Shown here piece after piece: positions 24,672 through 37,514 of a DNA stretch of 64,000 nucleotides (within the stretch, counting starts at the first letter, position 1; each line of letters begins with the position of its first letter). The notes under the pieces were generated by a model. That model made no database searches and had not been told where the DNA came from. It worked only from the letters and a program-made list of their open reading frames with translations. This DNA comes from Mobula hypostoma (Eukaryota): NCBI RefSeq assembly GCF_963921235.1, contig NC_086097.1, forward strand, positions 206,524,001 through 206,588,000, given 5' to 3'. The position numbers and the translations under genes are program-made.

Positions 24672-26544
24672 TACTATATCAAGACTGAGAGGGGTGAAAA
24701 GATGGTCGATGGTTTCCTGCTGCTTCTGGATCATGTGCTCACGTCAATGGATGACTTCTTTTAGGCAAACAAGCTCTGTTAGGTCAATGATGGTGTCATC
24801 TGTCCTGTCAGGAAATGTACAGGAGGCTTCATCCAAACACAGAGCAGCAGAGACCATTTATCAGTGAGTGATAACTACAAAATAATAAACCATGAGGGAT
24901 CACACCTATCACAACAAGGCAACAAGGTAACTGAAGGCTAGAAGAAACTGGCTGAGGCTGGCTGGTTCAAAGGGTGAACAAGGGCTGCAGATGAGAGCTG
25001 TGTTTAAATGGGCTGCTGGTGATGTGTTAGAAATGAGTGGCAGGTAACTGCTTCTAGATAGTTGGAGATGGGGAATGCCAGCCTGCCAATGTGGTGCTAT
25101 GTTGGGAACCTGCTCCAGAACGCTGCAGTTTCACAGCAATGGAACGCTGAGCTCTTTGCCCCATGGCTGGTCTGGGGAACCAACCAAGCAGCATGTTGAG
25201 GTTGTCTGTGAGGACGGGTGTTAGCTGAGCTGGGACAAGGGGTGCAACATCTTAATGCTGAGGTGTGGGCTCAGCTGAGGAATGGCAGCTTCAGCTCCTT
25301 ATATTGACAGGCCGTCGACATCCTGCAATCTGGCTCATCACCTTCCCCTGAATGCAAAGGAAACTACTGTCTTTTTATTTGCTTGCACGGCTATCCTCAG
25401 CCCAGAGATGTCTTTACAACAGCATGGTTGGCGACTGCCACTGAGCTTATTACCAAAGAGACATTGAGGTGCTGGGGAGAGCCAAACAAAGAAAGGGACT
25501 TCCGGTGTATCCAGTGGACAGTCTATCAGGACACGCAGCTGGATCTGCCAGTAACCGCAATAACCAGCACTCACAGGTTCCCTCTGCACATTGCATCAAT
25601 GTCTCACCCCTTACTGAGAAACATGACACCAAGATCAGTTTAACCACTCTGCTGCTGGATTTCAAGCTAGGGGCTGAGGTCTCAATTTGATTCCCAGCAC
25701 AACAGTGTATACCAACAGCAGGGCAGGAGTTCATGCCAAGTTCCTGCACAACACATTTCTCTCTCATCGTGCTATCAATATCCCTTTCTAACAGTGATCC
25801 CACTGGAGCTCTCGTCCCTGGGAACGCACCCTAAGCAGAAGATGAGGTGCTCCTGAAATAAAACTGCCCCTCATATCTTTTACAAAGAAATAACCCTAGA
25901 CTTACCTGCAGCTTTCTAGTCCAATAATCATCTTCCTGAGTCTACCCTGCTCCTTCTCTAGTGCCATTATATCCTTCCTACAACCCAGCTTGATTCACAT
26001 GTCATACGGTTGTTATATCATCTCTCTGCCTTATGTCAAATCCAAGGATATGACTGAAATCCCTTTTTTAATGCCCTTGTCTGCCCATGCCATCACATTA
26101 GGGTAGTATCTCTGGACGTACGGGAGAAACTCCCTTTAGCCATCTACACACTTTATGCATTAAATTAGTATTTCAAAAGTAACATCATCTAGCATCAGTT
26201 TTGTCTTCCATGTTCACTAACAGAAACAGTTCTACAGGTAAATTCGACAAAACCATGTACCGCACTGTCCATATGCAAATTGAAATTTGACCCCAAGTAC
26301 ACGTATTCATTTGTTTAGATGGTTTTCTGAAAGCTTGCTTTAAAGGGACAGAAATTGTGCATCAACCTTCCCTTCTTTTTGAAAGGAAAATATCACAAAA
26401 AGGTCACACTTCTTTCTGAGCACCATCTGTACGGATGCTTTCCAGCAATATATTGCAAACTGACAAGTGTCATAATATTTTACTCGAATTGTAGCTAAAC
26501 ATTTGATAAGGGGGTGGGGATGTACCATAAATGCAAAGAGTCAT

Positions 26545-26970
26545 AGAGAGGTACTACATGGAAACAGGCATCTTGGCCTGCTGCATCTTCGCCAACCATC
26601 AAGTATTTGTATTAATTGCATACTTAGACGGAGAAGTAATGTAAAGATTTTTACTCCTCATGTATGTGAAGGATGTAAAAAATAGACAATTCAATTCAAT
26701 AATCCTATAGTAATCCATATTTTATTCTTCCCACATTTCCATCAACTACCCCCCCCCCCCCAGATTGTATCAGTCACCTATACATAAGGAGCAATTTACA
26801 GAGGCCAGTTAACCTGCCAGCCCGCAGGTCTTTCAGAAACAGGAGCATCAGGTGGTCACAGGGAAAATGTGCAAACTCCACACAATTAGTAGCCAAGGTC
26901 CGGATTGAACCTGGGTTTCTGGCATTGTGAGACAACAGCTCTGCGGACTGTACCACTGTACCAAGGTGCA
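26545..26970 (-). mobile_element. V-SINE (HE1-like) with a Rex1 3' tail inserted at ~26623-26700
   Basis: GGTCACAGGGAAAATGTGCAAACTCCACACA core; B box (GGATTGAACC on +); insert matches the reverse complement of 35930-36070. Confidence 0.8.
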
Positions 26971-27554
26971 AAATGTTGATGTTTTCCTTTCCATTGGCTT
27001 CATTTGACTATTACATAATTAACCCATCCTGTATTTTAAGAACAATTCAAGTATATGATGTAATATAATGATTAACACAACAATTGTCTTGCAATAAGCA
27101 ACCCAAATTGTCAAAGTTTCAAAAATTTTGTTATTGGTTCCTATTACATTTAAGAGATGCAGGTTGTTGATCAAAGAATTTTGGATATTTATGGTATCCA
27201 TAAAAGGAGAAATAAATATTAAAGGTTGAATCAATATTAATTTAATAGATAAATGTTAAATTCTTTTCAAAATCCCAATTACTACTACATATTTGCTTTC
27301 ATCTTAAGCATTTCCAGCTAATTAAAACACAACACAAAGCTTGGAATTTTGTTTTAAAAGACAGGGTTCGCTATGAAATAATTAATACTTAAATTTAGTG
27401 GTCATTTTGGAAAAAGTATTGTTTGGTATTGGCCACAGGAAAGCATCATAATTAATGATTTTGTAAATTTGATTTTTTGTATTCATCTATTTAGTACCAG
27501 CTACCGTAGAAGGATATAAAAGTATCTTATTAAAAACTAGCTTTGCAACCTATA

Positions 27555-28602
27555 CAAGAGATGTCCTCCTTCTTCAAAGAATGGGGTTTCCCTTCCTCCA
27601 CCATTGATGCTGCCCTCACCTGGATCTCCTCCATTTCCCAGACATTCGCTCTCACTTCATCTTCCCACCACCTTAACTGAGGTAGAATTTCTCTTGTCCT
27701 CCCGTACTAACCCATGAGCCTCCATATTCAACACAGCATTCTCTGCAACTTCCACCATCTTCAACCAGATCCTATCACCAAACATACCTTTACCTCCACC
27801 CCAGTCTCCACTTTTCACAGGGATCACTCCCTCTGTGATTCCCTTGTCCATTTGTCCCTCCCTACTAATCTCCCTCTGGCACATATGCCTGCAAGCGTCA
27901 GAGAAGCTACACCTGGCCATTCACCTCTTCCCTTATCTCCGAACGTCCTTCCAGGTGAGGCAGGTGATTCTTCTATTGTGTGCGATGCTCCTGATGCATC
28001 CTCCTCTACATTGCTGAGACCTGATGTAAATTAGGGGACCGCTTTGTCGAGCATCTCCAATCCATCCACCAAAAGTAGAATTTCCCAGTGGACAATCATT
28101 TTAATTCCTATCCACATTCCCGTTCTGACATGTCGGTCCACAGTCTGTTCTTTTGCCACGATGAGCCACTCTCAGGGTGGAGGAGCAACACCTCGCATTT
28201 CGTCCAGGTAGCCTACAACCTGAACATCGATATCTCCTTCAGCTAATTCTTCTTTTCCTCCCCTTCCCTCTTCTTCTTTTTCTCATTCTGGCCTTTTACC
28301 TCTTCTCCTCCCCTGCCTATCACCTCCCCTAGTGCCCCTCTTTCTTTCCTTTCTCCTGTGATCCACAAACCTCTCATGCCAGATTCCTTCTTCTCCAGTC
28401 CTTTATGTTTCCCGCCCACCTGGCTTCACATATCACCTCCTAGCCAGTCCTCCTTCCCCTCCCCCCACCTTTTTATTCTGGCATCGTCCCCCATCCCTTT
28501 CCAGTCCTGAAGAAGGGTCATAGCCAGAAATGCCAACTGTTTATTTATTTCCATCAATGCTACCTGACCTACTGAGTTCCTCCACCATTTTGTGTGTGTT
28601 TC
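27555..28602 (+). mobile_element. Penelope-like element, 3' ~1 kb, decayed
   Basis: Homologous to 11163-11840; degenerate hammerhead CAGTCCTGAAGAAGGGTCATAGCCAGAAATGCCAACTG at ~28502-28539. Confidence 0.88.
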
Positions 28603-28734
28603 TCAACCCATGCTTTTGTTTATTAATATTGAACCATTCCCTCCATTTCTGCCAGTTTTGCTGACAGAGAAACTTTCTGAAATGTCTTCTTTCCTCCCAG
28701 ACTTTGGATTTTCCCGCACTTTAGTGGACAGAGC

Positions 28735-30740
28735 TCAAAGATCAAAGTTCAAAGTAAATTTATTATCAAAGTATATATATGTTACCCTTTACAACGCTGA
28801 GATTCATTTTCATGTGTTCATATTAAATACAAAGATACACAATCAAATACAATGAAGGCTGCACACAATAAGACAAACAACCCAAAGTGCAAAGAACAAC
28901 AAAGTGTGCAAATACAAAAAGAAACAAATCATAATAAATAAATAAGCAACACATTTTGAGAACAGAGATGAAGAGTCCTTGAAAGTAAGTCCACAGGTTG
29001 TGGGAACAGTTCCGCATTGGGGTGAATGAAGATGAGTGAAGTTATCCCTTCTGCTTCAAGAGCCTGATGGTTGAGGGGTAACTAGTGTTCCTGACCCTGG
29101 TGGTGTGGGTCCTAAGGCTCCTGTACTCCCATCCTGATGGCAGCAGCATGAAGAGAGTGTGGGGTCATGGATGATGGTTGCTGCTTTCCTGCCACAGTGC
29201 TCCATGTAGATATGCTCAGTGGTGGGGAGGGCTTTACCCGTGATGGACTGGGCCGTATTTGCTCATTTTTGGAGGTTTTCCAATTCAAGGGCATTGTATT
29301 TCCATACCAGGCCATGATGCAATAAGTCATAATCACCGCACTATAGCATTCTCAAAGTTTTAGATGACATGCCAAATCTACATCCAAAAAGTAAATGTGC
29401 TGCAGTGATTTTCTTGCAATTGCGTTTATGTGCTGGACACAGGATAGATCCTCTGAAATGATATCACAGAGAAATTTAAAGTTGTTGATGCTCTACACCT
29501 GTGATCCCCTGTTGAGGACTGACATATGGAATTCTGGCTTCCTCCTTCTGTACTCAATAATCAGATCTTTGCTTTTGCTGACGTTGAGTGAGAGGTTATT
29601 TTTGTGGCACCATTCAGCCAGATGTTCAAACTGCTGAATTATCACCACCTTTGGTTTGGCCAAAGACCGGTGTTGTCAACAATTTGAATATAGCATCAGA
29701 GCTGTGCTTAGCCTCACAGTCATAAGTGTAAAACAAGTAGAGCAGAGGCCTAAGCACACAGTGTTGTGGTGCATCTGAGCTGATGGTGATTGTGGAGATG
29801 TTATTGCTAATCCAAACTGACTAGGGTCCACAAATCAGGAAAACGAGGGTCTAGTTGCACAAGGAGGTATTGAGGCCCAGATCTTGGAGTTTATTGATTA
29901 GTTCTGAGGGGATGATGGTATTGAAAGCCAAGCTGACATCAGTGAAGAGCATCCTGGTGTATGCACCTTCACTGTGCAGATGTTCAGTGCTTAGTGAAGA
30001 GCCAATGAAATGGCATTTGCCGTTGACCTGTTGTGACAGTAGGTAAATTGTCACAGATCCAAGTCGCTTCTCAAGCAGGAGTTGATATGTTTCATCACCA
30101 ACCTCTCAAAGCACTTCATCACAGTGGATGCACTGAATAAAAACATGTATAACACACCAGAATAAAAAGGTGGGGATGGCGGTGGGGCGGGGGGGGCGGG
30201 GAGAAGGAGGCTTGCTAGAAGTTGATAGGTGAGGCCAGGTGTGTAGGAAAGATGAAGGGTTGGTAAGAAGGATCTGATAGGAGAGGAGAGTGGACCATAG
30301 GAGAAGGGGAAGGGGAGGGGGACCCAGGGGGAGGTGAGAAGCAGGTGAGAAGAGCTAAGAGACTAGAGGGAATAGAAGAAAAGGGGAGGGGGATGGAATT
30401 ATTTTACCGGTGGGAGGAATCAATATTCGTGCCATCAGATTGGAGGCTACCCATATGGAATATAAGATGTTGCTCCTCCACTTTGAGGGTGGCCTCATCT
30501 TGGCACAAGAGGAGGCCATGGACTGTATTGAAACCTGTTTTAAGCAGGCTGCAACCTCAGACTGCTGAAGTGAAAGGTTAAAAATATTAGAGAACACTCC
30601 AGTCAGTTGATCAGTGCAGGTCTTGCAATTGGCCAAATATCCTGTCTGGGCCGTATGCCTTCCATGGGTTCACATTGACCTCACAGACTGAAATCATAGT
30701 GACATCGGGGGCTGTGGGAGTTCTCAACTGCATCGTGGAT
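28735..30740 (-). mobile_element. Rex1/Babar-type LINE, decayed, interrupted by a PLE fragment
   Basis: (TCAAAG)n tail at 28735-28753; [52 protein letters not shown]. Confidence 0.88.
30150..30522 (-). mobile_element. Penelope-like internal fragment
   Basis: Homologous to 10500-10890 (GCCATCAGATTGGAGGCTACCCATATGGAATATAAG). Confidence 0.85.
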
Positions 30741-30744
30741 ATTT

Positions 30745-31895
30745 TCCACATCCCTGCTCAAACTCCCTCTCCTCCTAGACAGATTTCAAACCTGAACAGA
30801 TATTTTTTGATTCATATCCTCCATCTAACCAGGCCTCCACATTCAACAGATTACCTTTCACAATTTCCCTGAAACGCAACATGATTCCACTATTTGACAC
30901 ATATTCCCCTCCTTTTGCCTTTCAGAATTTTGAAGTAAATAAATGTTTTGCTCTTTGATTGGCACCAAAATCATGTGGCAGTTTTCCATGCAAATGCAAG
31001 AAATGGCAATATTTGTCCTCTTACCTCTTCCCTTCCTACATTATGAAGAAGCAGCAATTTACTTGTACTTCTTCCGATCTAGTGGAAGATACTCAGTGTT
31101 CAAAATGTGATCTTCTCTGTACTGGACAAAACAAATGTGATCTTCTATGCATTGTGCAAACCAAATGCCGTCTTCTCTGTACTGGACAACCCAAAGGTGA
31201 TCTTCTCTGTACTGGACAAAACAAATATGATCTTCTATGTATGGGGAATACCAAATGCAAATTGGATAACTTCTTCATGAAACACCTCCTTTCAGTCAAC
31301 AGGAATGTTCTTGAACTTCATGTTGTCTATTGCTTTGATTCACCATTCCCCTATCTCTCTGATCTATCTGCAGTGTCACAATTATGCCCAATGCAAGTTT
31401 GAGGAACAACAGTCGTCTGTGTATGTTGTAGTCTTCTTCTAAACACACATAGATTCAGGCAACTCACTTTCGGAGAAAGTGTCAGAACAGCAGAAGGGCT
31501 ATAAGAACAGATCCCTTATGCTGCGAGCCAGCCATCTCTGATATTGCCTCAATTTTTCTCTCTCGATTAATGCAACCTAACCTGCTGGGCATGCTCCACT
31601 ATTCTGCTATTTACAACATACCATGCTCCTTTGTCTCTGTTGTCACCCTCTAACTGCTCCCATTAACCCATTTGACCAGATAACCCCTACAACTCATCCC
31701 ATGGCATCTGCAGACTCATGCAATCACAGATATTCCCTCTATCCTATCAATCTCTCCAGCCCACTTTCACTGCAACTTAAAACAACCTATTATATCACTT
31801 TCCCATTTCTGACAAAGGAACTTCAACCTCAAACCTTAGCTCTGCTTCTGTTTCCTGACCTATTAATTGGTTCCAGTTTATCTTTCTATTTTTAT
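30745..31895 (+). mobile_element. Old Penelope-like element with internal tandem amplification
   Basis: GSFPCKCKK..QQFTCTSSDLV..QCSKCDLL GIY-YIG-region remnant; very degenerate hammerhead at ~31805-31845. Confidence 0.7.
31103..31252 (+). repeat. 30-bp tandem repeat x5 (AAATGTGATCTTCTCTGTACTGGACAAAAC)
   Basis: Units start at 31103, 31133, 31163, 31193 and 31223; reads KCDLLCTGQN-like in frame. Confidence 0.93.
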
Positions 31896-32309
31896 TGACA
31901 AGTTCTGCAAATTTTGTTATTTTCATTATTCTTATTTGTTCCTGTTTGTTCACTTTTTAAATATTACTTCAAAAAGAGTTTCAGGATATAAGTAATAGGA
32001 ATTCATTGTTTGATCTTCAATTAATCCAGAAGCCAGTTGTGCAAGTATAGAAATTTCCTACAGGTAACAACCCGTTAACATTTTATTACCCTTTTAAGAA
32101 CAAACATGTTAAATTAAAAAATACTTTTTTGTTATTTATCCTTCAAAACTCAAGGCAACAGAGCCACAGCCTTGCTCCCTATGCATCATATATTAGTTGT
32201 AACAAAGACATCCATTTTCAGGCTGCCATGTATCTGTTTGGCAATCTATTTGTTTTTAAATGATATAATTTTTTGCATTTGTCAGACAATGTCTTGCATT
32301 TTGCAAGCT

Positions 32310-32530
32310 CTAAAGGATATTCAGAACTCCAATGGTTAATGCAAATGGATTTATGATAAGCTTCAGGCCAGTTGTCCCCTCATTTATTAGCCCAGCTGAT
32401 AGAAGAGATTTGATGAGGCACTTCTGGCATAATTGAGTCATCACACAAAGAAGCCTGCTAGCATTCAGAGTGTTTTTTATCAGCAGCAAACAGGCCTGAT
32501 TACTGACAATTACACTCTGATCCATAAGGT
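32310..32530. promoter_or_regulatory. Possible conserved non-coding element / enhancer
   Basis: Non-repetitive; ATGCAAAT octamer, TGAGTCA AP-1, CAGCTG E-box, TGACA and TAAT motifs; motif density only. Confidence 0.25.
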
Positions 32531-33669
32531 AAGAAAGAGTATGAAAAAGAGTGGGAAATCTGCACATGTTTATACCCAGGCACAATTTTTATATTTATTT
32601 CATATTCTGTATGTTTTCCACACAAATAGAATAAACAATAAACAGGAGAAGATGCCACAATCTATCTCAACACTACATTGTAATGAATACATCAGTGACC
32701 ATCTGTAAGTTGAATGAAATGCAATGACTCCAGCGTGACATACTTTCCGCTACAGTTCAATCCACACACGGAAACAGAGTGAATGCTTAATTTATGTGTC
32801 TGTTGCAACATTACTAACATGTGACCAAAAGTCAGAGATCCGCTACTCAGTAGACTTCATTTTATTAACTGACCAATGTCATGGATAGTTTACACAACAG
32901 CAGTAATGCACTAATATGTGTAAGCATACTTTACAACAGTTAACCTTTAGTCTATCAAACAAATAGATACTCTCATTAGCACAATCAATGCTCTGCATCT
33001 GCAGTGGGATAAGAGAAATAGGAAATTCATGTAAACAAAAATAATTTATAAGCTATTCTTAAATGATAATGCAGTTTTGTATTGTAAAGATCAATTAGCT
33101 TATAATTCTCTGAGCTTTATAATCTCAGGCCCTATGGCACAATGTTCATTTTATCAGTGCAAGTGCAAGAAACATTTTGAAAAGGCAAATGTGAAAAAGT
33201 TTGAGTCATGAGTTATCACTAGAAATATTATGTTTACAATGATTCATAATTCTATTGGCAAAATGCCATTCTTATGCATGTCATTGGTGACTTTGCTAAT
33301 GGCGTTTAGTTCTATGGTGCCAAAGACATATTTCATTCAATGATACAATACAGAATTGTGTGGCATAGAATTAATATTTAAATCCTAATTTTAAAATCTG
33401 CTATGTTTCTGTGCCATGCCTGGCATTATTGTGCAGAATGAGCAATCATATATAATAATTGGAATGAAGGAGCTATGAATGCTGTTTGGAACTCTGGCAC
33501 AATGTGGGACAGAGGTCTCGGTAAAGTTTTCTGAGAAAATAAACAAGATTATAAAACAAGAGAAACAGCAGTATTGTGTTAGTATCTCCAAAAATATTTT
33601 ATTGCTTTTGCTGAACTCAAATGAGAGGAAAAACAGTTATTTGATACACTCCATTAAAGGAGAGATTAC

Positions 33670-33710
33670 CTATCTTGCTTCACCATAGGGGAACGGTGGC
33701 AAATCCTGCC
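33670..33710 (-). CDS. Candidate 41-nt internal exon of an unidentified host gene
   Basis: Minus strand: tttcttatcttctgtcctgatctgtctccattactggcag|GGCAGG..AAGATAG|gtaatc; only open frame GRICHRSPMVKQD. Confidence 0.35.
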
Positions 33711-35449
33711 CTGCCAGTAATGGAGACAGATCAGGACAGAAGATAAGAAATACACTATTGTATTTGTGTTCCAGTAAATAGAATTAGCATCACATGCACT
33801 AGTTAAAATCAAAGCAGTGAAATATCACTGTTTGTTGTGAATATGTCTTCATTGTACAAAACTAGTTTTTGGATTTAATATTTGTGTTAAGTATATTCAG
33901 TGACGATTGTGTGCATGAACTACAAAGACTACACACAGCATATTTAGGAACCACCCCGGTGCCTTCTTACAAAAGTAGGCAAGTAGTTTGCATAGTAATG
34001 CATTTACCCAAATTTGTATTTCAGTGCTTGACCTTTCTGCTAGGTCAATAAAAAGAAATAAACGCTTGCAAGTACTTTGATTCAAATGACAACAAATGAC
34101 AAAAATAATGTGGTCTGAGCCATATTAAAAGGGGAGGGTTGCTCATGTTGCATCTTAGTGTTCATTAATTTTGTTAGTACTATTCCAAAAATCTCCTTCA
34201 TTCTGCTGAGCACAGATGAAAATTCAATACAACTCTTATGATTTAAGATGAAAGAACAGAGCCCAGGCAGTTTCCTCATTAACTAATTCCAAACTTTAAA
34301 TTACAGGCATTATTATCATTTTTAGTAAGAATGATAAGGTGAATGTTCCTTTAAGTTGTCCGTGCATTTATATTATTTATATGATTCACTGAGTGAAGTC
34401 ACATTAACAAGATATGTTTGTATATTTTGTAATTGTGGCAGTGTTGCAGGCCCTGAAGGTTTACAGCTTCACTAAGTAGTGTTCAAAATTGCATTGGAAC
34501 GCTGTGAGCAAGCACCAATAATATTTTAACATGGGTTACCTTCCTCTCCATTATAACATTGACTAACTTCAACAGTATTTGATTGAAAATGAAGTACTTG
34601 TGACAGCTTGAGATTATAAATAATGTTATATAAATGCGAGTTCTGTGACAGCAATGTGACATTGCATAAATAGAAATAATGGAATAATGCAGATTCATCC
34701 TTCTGCAAATCTTTCATAATTGTAAAGCCAGGACAAAGGAGTCCACTTGATTGGCAAGCAAACCATCAACATTTATTCCCTTTGTCAGCAATGCACCTTA
34801 ACTACCTTTGGTGACACCAACTGCATCTATCACATCCAAAACTTCCAGAAAAGAAGGAGGACAAGGCAACATATGTATGATTCCCTCCAAGTTGCCCAGC
34901 ATTTTGGCCTGAAACTATACTCCTTCAGTATTGTTAGGTCTAAATTCCAGATCCAGTTGATAAAATGTATTGTGGGTGCATCTTCACTAGAAAAATTTTC
35001 TGAAAATTACTCATTTGCAGTTTCTCAAGGACAAGCAGGGACAGGCAACAAATGTTGGTAAACTACCAATGCACTCATTAAATAGAAGATTAAGATAATA
35101 ATCCTATGTAGTTCAGACTACAATCAGAATTTTTATGTTCAATTCATTCCTTCCTCACTGATGTTCAAGTAAATGTTAAATTTTTTTCTGTGTTCTACTT
35201 CACCTCTTAATTTTCATATCCACAATTAGTTGCAAGGAGCTCATTGTTATTTCTATTTCCGAGGGCATTCTTTCAGCTTTTCTTTAACTTTGTTCTGACT
35301 ATGGAATACTACAGATTTGGCCCATTTTCACCTCAGCACTCATTCAGAAATTCTCTAATGTAACCTCTACTCCGACAAGAAATGGGACTCAGCTCCTGAA
35401 CACTTAAGCTTCTTCTTCAACTCAATATTTTATGCCACTATAACTGCTC

Positions 35450-35910
35450 CCAGAGTTGTGAAAGAAGTAGTTATAGAGGTAATCTATGATTGTCATGTTC
35501 CAAAATTCTAAAGATTCTGTAATGTCATGCATTGAAGTCATAGAGTCGTACAATATTCAGTCCAACTTGTCTATGCAGCTAATAGGCACTGTAAGTATTA
35601 ATTCCATCTCTCAGCAATTGGCCCATAGCCTTCTGTGCTTAACTGATTCAAGTGTCAAAGGTAAATGCTATCAGCAATTCCACTTCAATCACTTTCTCAG
35701 ATACTGCATTTTGGGTCCATACCACCCACTATGTGTGAAAGGTGCATCTTGTATTACTTCTAAATCTTTCTCCTCTTACCATAAATCTAAGTCCTCTAGT
35801 TTTATTTACCTGATTTAGGAAACATTTCCACTGCTCTACCTTATCTGTACGACTCATAATTTTGTATACCTCCATCATGACCCTCTTAATCTCATCTGCT
35901 ATAATGTTCT
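35450..35910. mobile_element. Decayed CR1 fragments (continuing at ~36835-37060)
   Basis: CTCTACCTTATCTGTACGACTCATAATTTTGTATACCTCCATCA resembles 3780-3840. Confidence 0.55.
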
Positions 35911-35929
35911 TCCAATACCACTGCTTAGT

Positions 35930-36832
35930 AAATTGAATTGACTTTATTACTTACGTCCATCACATACATGAAGAGAAAAAATCTGTATGGTACATAGTCA
36001 TAGTCATAGTCATAGTCTTATTTTATTGATCCCAGGGGATCAATCTCCATCTCACATCTCCGTCTAAGTGTGCAATGTGTAATTTAAAGTAACTTGTAAT
36101 AAATAGTTTGTACAACAGTCAATATAGCAAGGAAATACAATTGTATCAGCATGAATTAATCAGTCTGATGGCCTGGTGGAAGAAGCTGTCCCGGAGCCTG
36201 TTGGTGCTGGCTTTTATGCTGTGGTACCGTTTCCCAGATGGTAGCAGCTGGAACAGTTTGTGGTTGGGGGTGACTCGGGTCCCCAATGATCCTTTGGGCC
36301 CTTTTTAAACACCTCTCTCTGTAAATGTCCTGAATAGTGGTAAGTTCACATCTACAGATGCACTGGGCTTTCCGCATCACTCTCTGCAGAGTCCTGTGAT
36401 TGAGGGAAGTACAGTTCCTATATCAGGCAATGATGCAGCCAGTCTCAATTGAGCCACTGTAGAAAGTCTTTAGGATTTCGGGACCCATACCAAACTTCTT
36501 CAGTTGTCTGAGGTGAAAGAAGGGCTGTTGTGCTTTTTTCACCACACAGCCGGTATGTACAGACCATGTGAGATGCTCAGTGATGTGTATGCCAAGGAAC
36601 TTAAAGCTGTTCACCCTCTCAACCCCAGATCCATTGATGGCAGTAGGGGTTAGTCTGTCTCCATTTGTCCTGTAGTCCACAACCAGGTCCTTTGTTTTCC
36701 CGACTCTGAGGGAAGGTTGTTTTCTTGACACCACTGTGTCAGGGTGATGAATTCTTCTCTGTAAGCTGTCTCATTATTATTTTAGATAAGGCCAATCAAT
36801 GTAGTATCATCGGCAAATTCAATTAGCAGATT
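35930..36832 (-). mobile_element. Rex1/Babar-type LINE 3' fragment with a (GACTAT)n tail of another family inserted at 35993-36041
   Basis: KTKDLVVDYR..VERVNSFKFLGIHITEHLTWS..KKAQQPFFHLRQLKKFG; (AATTG)n tail; the CATAGT repeat matches the tail at 3181-3202. Confidence 0.9.
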
Positions 36833-37514
36833 TATACTAACTAGATCAGTACTCTAGTTAGGTCCAACCAGGGTTTTATAAAGTTGGAGTAAACTTCTCT
36901 ATTCTATATCCCTACTGTTATAGGTCAGAATCCCATATACTGTATATTCCTAACTTTAGTATCTACTTGTGTTGCTACCTTCAAGGATTTATGGATTTGA
37001 AATCCAAAGTCCTTCCACTCAATATTCTCAACCATTCATGATGTACATCCCACTCTCATCATATGATGCATATTCACTGTTAAGGGTGGGGGCCTTTATT
37101 TTTTTTGCCAAGCTCAGCTTTCTAACATAGCAGCTGAAACTTCTGGGAGTCAAAGGTTATTTTTGAGTAAGTTAACTTTCCAACCAATATTCGTTGTCTA
37201 ACTTCTTTGTTGTAAATAGCAACCAGTCTTCAGTTCTTATCAGAGTCAGAATCGGGTTTAATATCATTGTCATGAAATTTCTTGTTTCGTGGTAGCAGTT
37301 CACTGCAACACATAATAATAAAAACTATAAATGACAGTAAGAAGTATATATAAAAATAAAATTAAATTAAATAAGTAGTGCAAAAGGAGAGGAAAATAAC
37401 ACTGTGGTAGTGTTCATGGGTTCATTGTCCATTAGAAATCTGATTGCAGAAGAAAAGAAGCTGTTCCTGAAGCACTGATTGTGTGTCTTCAGGCTGCTGA
37501 ACCTCCTCCTTGAT

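Larger units (their letters stand above)
20717..25060 (-). mobile_element. Ty3/Gypsy LTR retrotransposon (sushi/PEG10-related gag), decayed, integrase deleted, with two nested insertions
   Basis: gag AEPMQLERG; RT YCELSKITIKNHYPPPLM and TPTGHYE; LKQLQHFLGYSTFY..FIRTYS; RNase H EVSDVDAGAILS; diverged LTR-like segments at ~20717-20880 and ~24806-25060 share CCAAACACAGAGCAG and AACAAGGTAACT. Confidence 0.85.

Noticed and set aside
31103..31252. CRISPR-like array
   Set aside because: Head-to-tail 30-bp units with no unique spacers, derived from PLE coding sequence in a vertebrate genome.
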